Shown here: positions 56,206-64,000 of the stretch, in pieces | Layout: every line of letters starts with the position of its first letter | Position numbering within the stretch: position 1 is the stretch's first letter | From: Clostridiales bacterium | GTDB taxonomy: Bacteria; Bacillota; Clostridia; Oscillospirales; Acutalibacteraceae | Direction of reading: 5' to 3' | Length of the DNA: 64,000 nt | Assembly: GCA_012523185.1 (NCBI GenBank) | Contig: JAAYIY010000067.1 | Location: 1,068-65,067 of the forward strand | Notes under the pieces: generated by a model | Databases searched by the model: none | Seen by the model: only the letters and a program-made list of their open reading frames with translations | What the model was told of the DNA's origin: nothing | Made by a program: the position numbers and the translations under genes

Positions 56206-56333
56206 AGGCAATATCTCCTCATGTCGATGACGGGCAAGCCGCGAAAAATCAAAGCCTGCCCGCGGCTCTCTGAAGCTTTTGCCGAAGCGATTTTAAAGAA
56301 AAACGCGGCGGCAATCTCCGCTCCGTGGCCGGC

Positions 56334-56738
56334 TTATTTTTTGGGATTAACTATGTCGCGCCAATCAAGGTCGCCCCTGTTGAGGCTGTGTATCAGCGCC
56401 TCGGCTGTCGCGATGTTTGTGGCGACAGGCACGTTATGCACGTCGCAGAGCCTCAAAAGGCTCGCTTCGTCAGGCTCGTGCGGCTTTGGCGTCAGCGGAT
56501 CCCTGAACATTATTAAAAGGTCGATTTCGTTGCACGCGATGCGGGCGGCAATCTGCTGGTCGCCGCCTTGAGAACCGCTGAGAAATTTAAAAATCTCCAG
56601 ACCTGTCGCCTCGCTTACAAGCTTTCCCGTCGTCCCTGTGGCATAAATGCGGTGGCGGCTTAGAATTCCGCAGTAGGCGATGCAGAACTGCGTCATAAGC
56701 TCTTTTTTTGCATCATGCGCTATTAAGGCGATGTTCAT
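56334..56738 (-). CDS. mgsA: Methylglyoxal synthase
   Basis: [12 protein letters not shown]...ATGTTG...[10 protein letters not shown]...[11 protein letters not shown] is the MgsA signature. Confidence 0.93.
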   Translation of the reverse strand: MNIALIAHDAKKELMTQFCIAYCGILSRHRIYATGTTGKLVSEATGLEIFKFLSGSQGGDQQIAARIACNEIDLLIMFRDPLTPKPHEPDEASLLRLCDVHNVPVATNIATAEALIHSLNRGDLDWRDIVNPKK

Positions 56739-56819
56739 CGGCGCCCTCCTTTGTGAGTGATGATGTGAATATAAAAGTCATAAGAATGATATCAGAAGCT
56801 GAAATAATTTGCAAGAAAA

Positions 56820-59471
56820 TTATTGACCGCCGCCGTCTGTTTCGGCGTCGTCGCTGTCCGGCTCGTCCGCCTGACTGTTCTCACCGTCGTCGGTGTCCTG
56901 CTCGTTCGCCTGACCGTTCTCGCTGTCATCGGTGTCCGGCTCGTCCGTCTGAGCGTCCTCACCGTTGTCGGTGTCCGGCTCGTCTGCCTGAGCGTCCTCG
57001 TCCTCATCGTCCGCGACGCGTGCCATTGTGATGACTTTTTCGCCTTCCGAGACCTTCATCACGCGAACTCCCTTTGACGGACGGGCAAAAACGCTTATCT
57101 GGTCGGCGGGAATTCGGATGATTATGCCGTCGGATGAAATCATTATGACATCCTCGTCGCTTCCGACGACTGACACCGCGGCGACATCCCCGTATTTTTT
57201 CGTGTGGTAGTTTATTGTGCCGATGCCGCCCCTTGACTGAATTCTGTAATCTGACGGGAGGCTTCTCCTGCCATAGCCTGTTTCGCTTACTGTAAGAACG
57301 GTTTTGTCCTCGTCAATGACCTCCATGCCGACTACCTCGTCGCCGCGGCGCAGGGTGATTGCCTTGACTCCCCTTGCCGTCCTGCCTATCGGGCGCGCGT
57401 CGCTTTCGTTGAAGCGTATTGACATACCGTTTCTTGTCGCCACTATGAGGCTGCTGCCGCCGTCCGTAAGCCTGACCCATGCAAGCTCATCGTCCTCGTC
57501 AAGATTTATTGCGATAACGCCGTTTTTGCGGACGTTTTTGTATGCCTCTATGCGGGTACGCTTGATGATGCCTTTTCGTGTCACCATGCACAGATAGCTG
57601 CCTGCCTCCGTTTGCGGAACGCGTATCATGGCGGAGACTCTTTCCTCGCCCGATATGGGCAGGATATTGACAATATTCATGCCCTTGCCGGTGCGCGAGC
57701 TTTCGGGGATTTCATAGCCTTTAAGCCTGTAAGTCCTCCCGGCGGTTGTGAAAAACATGACATAGTCGTGCGTTGAGCAGGTGAACATCGTCTGCACGAC
57801 GTCCTCCTCCCGGCGTGTCATTCCCTTGATTCCCTTGCCGCCCCTGTTCTGAATCTGGTATGTGTCGGCAGTCATGCGCTTGATGTAGCCCCTGTCTGTC
57901 AGCGTGAATACGCAGGTCTCCTCCGGAATGAGATCCTCAATGTCGACTTCGCCGCTTACGTTCAAGATTTCCGTGCGGCGCTCGTCGCCGAATTTCTCGC
58001 GTATAACCATTGCCTCGTCCTTGACAATGCCGAGAACACGGCTTTCATCGGAGAGGATTTCTGTGTATTCGGCTATCCTTCTGCGCATTTCGGCCTGCTC
58101 TTCCTCAATTTTGACGCGCTCAAGACCTGTTAACTGACCGAAGCGCATCTGGACAATCGCCTGAGACTGGATGTCGTCAAGTCCGAAGCGCGCCATGAGC
58201 GCCTCCTTGCCCTCCGGAATGCTTTTTGAGGCGCGGAGGATCTCAATGACCTCGTCTATAAAGTCGAGAGCTATCAAAAGCCCCTCCAATATGTGCGACC
58301 TCTCCTGCGCCTTTCGTAGATCGTACTGCGTCCTGCGCGTGATAATCTCGCACTGGAAGTCAATATAGTTGCGGAGAACTTCCTTCAGCGTCAGAACCTT
58401 CGGCTCGCCGTTTACAAGCGCGATCATTATGACGCCAAAGGTTGACTGCATCTGTGTGTATGTGTAAAGCCGATTTAAAACAACCTGCGGGTTAGCGTCG
58501 CGCTTTATGTCTATGGATATGTGCATACCCTTTCTTGAGGAATAGTCGTTTACGTCGGATATGCCCTCTATGCGGTGATCCTTTACAAGCTCGGCTATGT
58601 TTTCTATGAGCCTTGCCTTGTTGACCATATATGGTATTTCGGAGACTTGAATCTCAAATCGGCCGTTTTTCTTTTCGATTATTTCCGCTTTGGCACGGAG
58701 AGTAATCTTGCCTCTTCCTGTCGCGTAAGCGGCTCGGATGCCCGCTTTGCCCATTATCACGCCGCGCGTCGGGAAGTCAGGCCCTTTGATGTGCTCCATC
58801 AGCTCGAACAAATCAGCGTCGGGGTTGTCGATGAGACAGCACATGCCGTCTATGACTTCGCAAAGGTTGTGGGGAGGTATGTTTGTCGCCATTCCGACAG
58901 CTATGCCCGTCGTGCCGTTGACTAAAAGGTTTGGAAACCTTGACGGCAGGACAGTCGGCTCCTTGAGACGGTCGTCGTAGTTTGATGTGAAATCGACTGT
59001 CTCCTTGTCAATGTCGGTCAGCATCCTTAGCGATATCTTGCTCATCCTTGACTCTGTGTAACGGTAAGCCGCGGGGGGGTCGCCGTCGACAGAGCCGAAG
59101 TTACCGTGACCGTCCACAAGCATATATCTCATCGAGAAGCTTTGCGCAAGCCGCACCATGGCGTCATAAACAGAGCCGTCGCCGTGGGGATGGTAACGCC
59201 CCAAAACAGATCCGACTGTGTCGGCGCACTTCCTGTATGCCTTGTCGGGCGTCAGATTGTTTTCGTACATCGTGTAAAGTATACGGCGGTGAACAGGCTT
59301 AAGCCCGTCGCGCACATCCGGGAGCGCGCGCTGAGTGATTACAGACATTGAATAGTCAAGAAAGGACTGGCGCATCTCCTTGCTTATCTCAACATCAATT
59401 AACTTTTGGTTTAACTGGCGCTCTTTGAAGTCGCCGAGACCTGTTTTGTCGTCATTATTTTTGCTGCTCAT
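56820..59471 (-). CDS. gyrA: DNA gyrase subunit A with acidic repetitive C-terminal tail
   Basis: Active-site region [21 protein letters not shown]. GyrA-box region QNRGGKG. Beta-pinwheel CTD repeats. Terminal D/E-rich tail. Confidence 0.96.
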   Translation of the reverse strand: MSSKNNDDKTGLGDFKERQLNQKLIDVEISKEMRQSFLDYSMSVITQRALPDVRDGLKPVHRRILYTMYENNLTPDKAYRKCADTVGSVLGRYHPHGDGSVYDAMVRLAQSFSMRYMLVDGHGNFGSVDGDPPAAYRYTESRMSKISLRMLTDIDKETVDFTSNYDDRLKEPTVLPSRFPNLLVNGTTGIAVGMATNIPPHNLCEVIDGMCCLIDNPDADLFELMEHIKGPDFPTRGVIMGKAGIRAAYATGRGKITLRAKAEIIEKKNGRFEIQVSEIPYMVNKARLIENIAELVKDHRIEGISDVNDYSSRKGMHISIDIKRDANPQVVLNRLYTYTQMQSTFGVIMIALVNGEPKVLTLKEVLRNYIDFQCEIITRRTQYDLRKAQERSHILEGLLIALDFIDEVIEILRASKSIPEGKEALMARFGLDDIQSQAIVQMRFGQLTGLERVKIEEEQAEMRRRIAEYTEILSDESRVLGIVKDEAMVIREKFGDERRTEILNVSGEVDIEDLIPEETCVFTLTDRGYIKRMTADTYQIQNRGGKGIKGMTRREEDVVQTMFTCSTHDYVMFFTTAGRTYRLKGYEIPESSRTGKGMNIVNILPISGEERVSAMIRVPQTEAGSYLCMVTRKGIIKRTRIEAYKNVRKNGVIAINLDEDDELAWVRLTDGGSSLIVATRNGMSIRFNESDARPIGRTARGVKAITLRRGDEVVGMEVIDEDKTVLTVSETGYGRRSLPSDYRIQSRGGIGTINYHTKKYGDVAAVSVVGSDEDVIMISSDGIIIRIPADQISVFARPSKGVRVMKVSEGEKVITMARVADDEDEDAQADEPDTDNGEDAQTDEPDTDDSENGQANEQDTDDGENSQADEPDSDDAETDGGGQ
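56850..57005. repeat. Four tandem imperfect 39-nt repeats (coding, gyrA tail)
   Basis: Units are 56850-56888, 56889-56927, 56928-56966 and 56967-57005 (GTCGGTGTCCGGCTCGTC(C/T)G(C/T)CTGAGCGTCCTC...). They encode DAQxDEPDTDxxE-type 13-aa repeats. Confidence 0.85.
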
Positions 59472-59491
59472 GATGAAACGCCCTCCTTTCT

Positions 59492-61504
59492 TTAAACATC
59501 AAGATATTGTACATATTTTGCGTTTCGTTCTATGAATTCACGCCGCGGCTCGACCTTGTCGCCCATCAGAATTGAAAATGTTTCGTCAGCCTCCATCGCG
59601 TCCTCAAGCGTTACACGCAGCATGGTGCGTGTCTGCGGGTCCATTGTCGTCTCCCAAAGCTGCTCCGGGTCCATTTCGCCGAGACCTTTATAGCGCTGTA
59701 TGTCGCAGTTTCCGCCAAGCTCCTCGATGTAATTATCCCTCTCCTCGTCGGAAAACGCGTAAAAGTGCTTTTTGCCCTTGCTGACTTTAAAAAGCGGCGG
59801 CTGCGCGATGTAGATGTGTCCGCAGTCGATCAGCGGGCGCATATAGCGGAAAAAGAATGTCAGGAGCAGCGTGCGAATGTGCGCTCCGTCAACGTCCGCG
59901 TCGGCCATGATGACCACCTTGCCGTAACGCAGCTTTGAAATGTCTAACTCCTCGTCAATACCGGTGCCGAGAGCCGTCACGATGGGAGAAAGCTTGTCGT
60001 TGCCTATGACTCTGTCAATCCTTGCCTTTTCGACATTGAGCATCTTGCCCCAGAGCGGCAGAATGGCCTGATATTGCCTGTCGCGGCCGTCCTTTGCCGA
60101 ACCGCCGGCGGAATCGCCCTCGACTATGAATATCTCTGTGTGTTCGGCGCTTTTGTCGGTGCAGTCCGCAAGCTTTCCGGGAAGCGAGTTGCTTTCGAGC
60201 GCGCTTTTTCTGCGCGCCAGATCTCTTGCCTTCCTTGCCGCCTCCCGCACCCTTGAGGCGTCGAGCGCCTTTGAAAAGACAGCCCTCGCGACGGAGGGAT
60301 TCTCCTCAAAATATGTCATGAGCTTTTCATAGACCGTCGATGAAACGAGAGATGCTATGTCTGTGTTGCCGAGCTTGCTTTTTGTCTGCCCCTCAAACTG
60401 CGCGTCTGTGAGCTTGACGCTTATGACCGCCGTCATGCCCTCGCGGACGTCGTCGCCGGAGAGGTTTTTGTCGGCGTCCTTAAGGATGCCGTATTTCCTG
60501 CCGTAATCGTTAAAAACTCTTGTCAGCGCCGTTTTGAAGCCTGTCTCGTGTGTGCCTCCGTCGGCGGTCTTGACATTGTTTGCGTATGACAGGATGAGAT
60601 CGTTGTAGCTCACGGTGTATGACATGGCTATTTCCGCTTCCCTGTCCTCTTTGACGGCGCTGAAATGTATCGGCCGCTCATGCATCATCGTCAGCGCCCT
60701 GCTGGAATTAAGGTAGTCGACAAAGCTTGAAAGCCCGCCGGCGTAGCAATAGCTGTTTTTTATTATGTTTTGTTCGTCGCGCAAGTCGCAAAGGTTGATG
60801 CAAAGCCCGGCATTGAGGAATGCCGACTCACGAAAGTGCCGCTCAAGCGTTTCAAACTCATAATGTCTTGTTTCTGTGAATATTTCAGGGTCAGCCTTAA
60901 ATCGAATCAGTGTGCCGGTGCTTTGCGTGTCGCCGACAATCTCAAGATCCGTTACGGCGGCTCCCCTTTCAAAACGCTGGCGGTAAATGTGCCCGTCCTG
61001 TGAAACCTCAACCTCCAGCCACTCGGAAAGAGCGTTGACGACGGACGAGCCGACGCCGTGAAGGCCGCCGGAGACTTTGTATCCGCTGCCGCCGAACTTG
61101 CCGCCGGCGTGAAGGACTGTCAGCACGACAGTTACGGACGGCAGATCCATTTTTTCGTTTATGCCGACAGGGATGCCCCTGCCGTTGTCCCGAACGCTGA
61201 TTATGTTGTCCGGCAGGATTTCTATGTCGACGTTTGAGCAAAATCCGGCAAGCGCCTCATCAATCGAGTTGTCGACAATCTCGTAAACAAGATGATGAAG
61301 ACCGCGCGGACCTGTGGAGCCTATATACATCCCGGGGCGCTTGCGGACAGCCTCAAGACCCTCCAGCACCTCTATTTGGCTTGCGTCATATTTTTCTGTT
61401 ACAGCCGTGTCCATTGTTTCGACGGCTTCCCCGGCGCTTATCTCCGCGCCTTCGTTTTTGTTGTTTTCGTTGATTTCAGTGTCGTTCAAAGAAAATGCCT
61501 CCAT
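59492..61504 (-). CDS. gyrB: DNA gyrase subunit B
   Basis: [17 protein letters not shown] ATPase motifs, [33 protein letters not shown] and [12 protein letters not shown]. Confidence 0.96.
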   Translation of the reverse strand: MEAFSLNDTEINENNKNEGAEISAGEAVETMDTAVTEKYDASQIEVLEGLEAVRKRPGMYIGSTGPRGLHHLVYEIVDNSIDEALAGFCSNVDIEILPDNIISVRDNGRGIPVGINEKMDLPSVTVVLTVLHAGGKFGGSGYKVSGGLHGVGSSVVNALSEWLEVEVSQDGHIYRQRFERGAAVTDLEIVGDTQSTGTLIRFKADPEIFTETRHYEFETLERHFRESAFLNAGLCINLCDLRDEQNIIKNSYCYAGGLSSFVDYLNSSRALTMMHERPIHFSAVKEDREAEIAMSYTVSYNDLILSYANNVKTADGGTHETGFKTALTRVFNDYGRKYGILKDADKNLSGDDVREGMTAVISVKLTDAQFEGQTKSKLGNTDIASLVSSTVYEKLMTYFEENPSVARAVFSKALDASRVREAARKARDLARRKSALESNSLPGKLADCTDKSAEHTEIFIVEGDSAGGSAKDGRDRQYQAILPLWGKMLNVEKARIDRVIGNDKLSPIVTALGTGIDEELDISKLRYGKVVIMADADVDGAHIRTLLLTFFFRYMRPLIDCGHIYIAQPPLFKVSKGKKHFYAFSDEERDNYIEELGGNCDIQRYKGLGEMDPEQLWETTMDPQTRTMLRVTLEDAMEADETFSILMGDKVEPRREFIERNAKYVQYLDV

Positions 61505-61505
61505 T

Positions 61506-62390
61506 TCACTGCTGCCCCGCGCCGGAAAGCGCGGCTAAAAAGTTTTTCTTTTCCTTTTTGGGCTTATATCGCGGCGGGTTTTCGAGCCGCATTCTCATGC
61601 CCTTTGAGCCGGGCATGTTAAGGTATTTGTTTACGTTAATGACATTTACGCAGAGCTCGCCATCCATGTAATCGACACAATTCGCAAGCAGCTTTTCATC
61701 ATCGTGCATCGTGCCGAGGATTGACACGACAATCAGGCTTTGAACCTCGTTCACGCCGTTTTCATATGTTTCGTTAAGAAGGTTGAAAAGCTTTTTCATC
61801 TTTTGAGGGTTGTTTTCTCTGATTGTCTCGATTACAGCAGGCGTGCCGTATTTTTTAAAAAAGTCCTCCGGCAAAAACTCGCCGTATTCATCGCAGTTTT
61901 GCTTGAAGTATGATCGCAGCTCGGGATACAGCGCCGTGAATCTGTTGCCGAACGACGCCGAATCATAAAAAGCGCCGTTTCTGACGGCCGTCTTTGAAAC
62001 TGTCGTAAAAGACTTTTTCGACTTCGGCTTTTTGCCGCTTGAAAACCTTTCCTCAAGCGTTTCGGAAAAGTCGCCGCTGATATATTTAAGGTCTTTGTCG
62101 TTTGCCTCCGACAAATCGAGCAAAGAAAGAGAAAGGCGTGTGTAGTCGCCGTCCGCCGCCTCCGCAGCGGGCGCCTCGGCATAAAGCAAGCCCACGGCGT
62201 TGTTGCAGTATTCGAGCCTTAAGGAATGCCCGTCCCCGCTAAAAGCTATATAAGAGCGATCGTTTGACACGACGACGGGCGGCGCGTCCTTAGAAATGCC
62301 TTCGGGGCGGGAAATGGCAAACCCCGCGGCCGAATAAGCTTCTTTCATTCCGTCCGCAAGGGAGGCAAGCACGTTGTTGACGTCAAGCAT
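61506..62390 (-). CDS. Hypothetical protein, translationally abutting gyrB
   Basis: 294-aa ORF with a GGAGGA RBS. Its stop codon ends 1 nt before the gyrB ATG. No motif recognised. Confidence 0.6.
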   Translation of the reverse strand: MLDVNNVLASLADGMKEAYSAAGFAISRPEGISKDAPPVVVSNDRSYIAFSGDGHSLRLEYCNNAVGLLYAEAPAAEAADGDYTRLSLSLLDLSEANDKDLKYISGDFSETLEERFSSGKKPKSKKSFTTVSKTAVRNGAFYDSASFGNRFTALYPELRSYFKQNCDEYGEFLPEDFFKKYGTPAVIETIRENNPQKMKKLFNLLNETYENGVNEVQSLIVVSILGTMHDDEKLLANCVDYMDGELCVNVINVNKYLNMPGSKGMRMRLENPPRYKPKKEKKNFLAALSGAGQQ

Positions 62391-62652
62391 TTATAAATTC
62401 CTCCGAAATATCTTGTTCTTTAAAGAATTATCCGAGCTTTTCAAAACTGATTAATTATACCACAAAATATAGTTATTATCATTATCAATCAGAATTATAC
62501 GCTCTTTTGCAAATATATTATATTATAGTATACAAACGCAGCTTTTTATAAAAACGCGGAAATGCGCCCGTTTGTAGTGAAACACACTGTGATTTTGTGT
62601 TTTGTGCCGCGCGCATTTTTATCAGCGCCCCGCACATTTTTATAAAACAGGA

Positions 62653-62681
62653 TTGAAACCGACAAATTTGTATGGTAATAT
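62653..62681 (+). promoter_or_regulatory. Candidate sigma-A promoter (extended -10)
   Basis: TTGAAA (62653-62658), 17 nt, TGgTAATAT (62673-62681). Confidence 0.55.
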
Positions 62682-62842
62682 ATTTTTCAATCGGCCGCGT
62701 GAGCTGAATAAAGTTTTTATACGGGCATAACATACTTCGTGAGCCTTGCGATTACATCTAAGGCAACACCGCGCAATGAGCGGCTGAAGCCTTTGTTGCA
62801 CGCTTGCTTGCATCTTTTCCGTCATATCGCCCAAAAATGCTC

Positions 62843-62873
62843 GGCAATACACAAAGTATTGCCTGCGTTTTTT
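62843..62873 (+). terminator. Candidate intrinsic terminator/attenuator in the leader of the lipoprotein gene
   Basis: GGCAATAC-acaaa-GTATTGCC, then tgcg and TTTTTT. Confidence 0.5.
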
Positions 62874-62963
62874 AGACAACCTGACGAAAAAATCTGACGG
62901 CGCAATCGCACAACAATAATTGTGCGGTGTTGCCCTAATTTTAACAGAACGGGGAAATTCAGA

Positions 62964-63725
62964 GTGATAAAAAAATCATATATCTTGAGATTGTGTCCGA
63001 TTCTTGCGGCGGCTTTGCTTTTTTCGTCATGCGTGCCGCTTTCAGGAGACGACGGCAAAAGCCCGCAAGACCTTATTAACGAAAAGATCAGCGCGGCAGA
63101 TACGGGAGTTGACGGATTTTATGATATTCCCGCCGTCTGTTCGTCGTTTGAGGAGATTTTTGACGGCATACAGTCACTCGGAAACACCGAAGGGATATAC
63201 CTTGACCAGTTTGAAAACAAATGCGTCGGTTTTTTCAACACATACCAGCTGATGGCAGAGGACGCGGACGAGGCGATTAGCGTTATAGGCTCAATTTTTT
63301 CGATTGAGACCTCCGAGAGCTTGTCGCAGCTGGCGCACGGTGCCGGAAACACCGTTCCTTTAGCTGTCAGCGAGGACGAGCTGCTTGACGTGATTTCAGT
63401 CGTTTCACAGGACTATTCATCCTTTGCGTCCCTCAGCTCCGAAAACAGTTATTTTACAGCGGGCAAGCACACGCATGACGATTACGCGAAAAAGATTGAG
63501 ACGGCTTTATTTAAGCTGAACGGCGCCTTTGACCTTTACAGGGGCGGCGGCGGTGATGACGGCGAGCCGGGGGCATTCAAAAAGCTTGTTGCGGAAGCGT
63601 TGAGCGCCATGTCGGACGTTGCGATGATGCATTCCGAAACGCTTGAAATTATGAGTGCCGACAGTGAAATGGTTTTTACATTGATTGACAAAATGAAGAC
63701 TTACATTCCGCAGACCTTTGATTAA
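62964..63725 (+). CDS. Lipoprotein, hypothetical
   Basis: GTG 62964 follows ACGGGGA. Signal peptide (M)IKKSYILRLCPILAAALLFSSC has a lipobox. Confidence 0.7.
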   Translation: MIKKSYILRLCPILAAALLFSSCVPLSGDDGKSPQDLINEKISAADTGVDGFYDIPAVCSSFEEIFDGIQSLGNTEGIYLDQFENKCVGFFNTYQLMAEDADEAISVIGSIFSIETSESLSQLAHGAGNTVPLAVSEDELLDVISVVSQDYSSFASLSSENSYFTAGKHTHDDYAKKIETALFKLNGAFDLYRGGGGDDGEPGAFKKLVAEALSAMSDVAMMHSETLEIMSADSEMVFTLIDKMKTYIPQTFD

Positions 63726-63730
63726 AAAAG

Positions 63731-63772
63731 CAACGCCGCGCAGGTAAGCCATATGCGCGGCGTTGTTTTTTT
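63731..63772. terminator. Bidirectional rho-independent terminator
   Basis: AAAAAAG-CAACGCCGCGCA-ggtaagccatat-GCGCGGCGTTG-TTTTTTT. Confidence 0.8.
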
Positions 63773-63806
63773 AAAGATGTGTCGCGGCCCGACAGCCGCG
63801 AACCTT

Positions 63807-64000
63807 TCAAAACGAGATGTAGTCTGTTATTGACTCTATCTCGTCGTTTCTCATGTATATCCGCGGCACTCTTTTGCTTATGTTGCAGATAAGCTCGTAA
63901 TTAACAGTGCCGAGCCGCGCCGCCAAGGTGTCGACTGTAATCTCATTGCCGCCGCTTTTTCCGAAAACGGTGATTGTCTTTCCCTCGCAGACATCAATTC
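63807..64000 (-). CDS. 3' end of an unidentified CDS (start outside window)
   Basis: The minus-strand frame is open from the window edge to TGA (complement of 63807-63809). Translation is ...IDVCEGKTITVFGKSGGNEITVDTLAARLGTVNYELICNISKRVPRIYMRNDEIESITDYISF. A terminator follows. Family not recognised. Confidence 0.45.
   Translation of the reverse strand, partial: IDVCEGKTITVFGKSGGNEITVDTLAARLGTVNYELICNISKRVPRIYMRNDEIESITDYISF

Noticed and set aside
56206-56333. T-box leader upstream of hisS-aspS.
   Set aside because: Only ~128 nt are available between mgsA and hisS, and no T-box sequence or specifier-loop architecture is recognisable.
52590-57005. Tandem-repeat DNA (the Thr tract and the gyrA 39-mers) as CRISPR-like or non-coding repeat arrays.
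   Set aside because: Both are in frame inside well-supported CDSs, have no unique spacers, and are explained as low-complexity protein tails.
62391-62652. oriC / DnaA-box cluster in the AT-rich region upstream of the gyrB operon.
   Set aside because: Only degenerate partial matches to TTATCCACA are present (for example TTATCCGAG at ~62439). There is no cluster and no dnaA or dnaN nearby.

Overview
This 64-kb chromosomal window comes from a Firmicute that looks Clostridia-like, judged by a spoVM-like peptide and Bacillus-type gene order. It has three parts.

(1) 1-13.8 kb is a plus-strand housekeeping block. It is syntenic with the B. subtilis yloC-remA-gmk-rpoZ-priA-def-fmt-rsmB-rlmN-prpC-prkC-rsgA...spoVM region.

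(2) About 14.3-44.8 kb is a ~30-kb accessory island with two components.
(a) A visibly AT-richer, tightly packed minus-strand five-gene defence operon sits behind a consensus TTGACA-17-TATAAT promoter. It encodes an XRE/C-protein-like HTH, a beta-class DNA methyltransferase, a fused type IIG restriction-modification enzyme, and a Gabija pair (OLD-family ATPase/TOPRIM GajA plus UvrD-like GajB).
(b) A decayed siphovirus-like prophage carries a family A DNA polymerase, primase-helicase, HNH, TerS, ParB-methyltransferase, TerL, portal, ClpP-protease::HK97 capsid, connectors, major tail, G/GT chaperone with an A_AAA_AAC slippery site, tape measure and Dit.
The prophage looks locked in. In-frame stops split the primase-helicase (TAG) and the large terminase (TAA). 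The tail module is cut off inside a Gp37-like gene and abuts only a C-terminal fragment of a large serine recombinase. No lysis genes or intact integrase are present.
Two AT-rich cassettes inside the prophage remain intact. One is an RHH regulator plus a SLOG/DUF2493 protein. The other is a MuF-core::barnase toxin with barstar immunity, wedged between the tail chaperone and the tape measure.

(3) 45-64 kb carries tRNA-Leu(CAG) with a consensus promoter, comM/yifB, two paralogous membrane proteins, a transglutaminase-like protein, folE, a metallophosphoesterase, a Thr-rich lipoprotein, aspS-hisS, mgsA and gyrA-gyrB.

No rRNA, CRISPR array or intact transposase was seen. I cannot confidently call any cluster a wholly new system. 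The best follow-up candidates are the barnase/barstar cassette, the RHH-SLOG cassette, and the fused RM+Gabija operon architecture.
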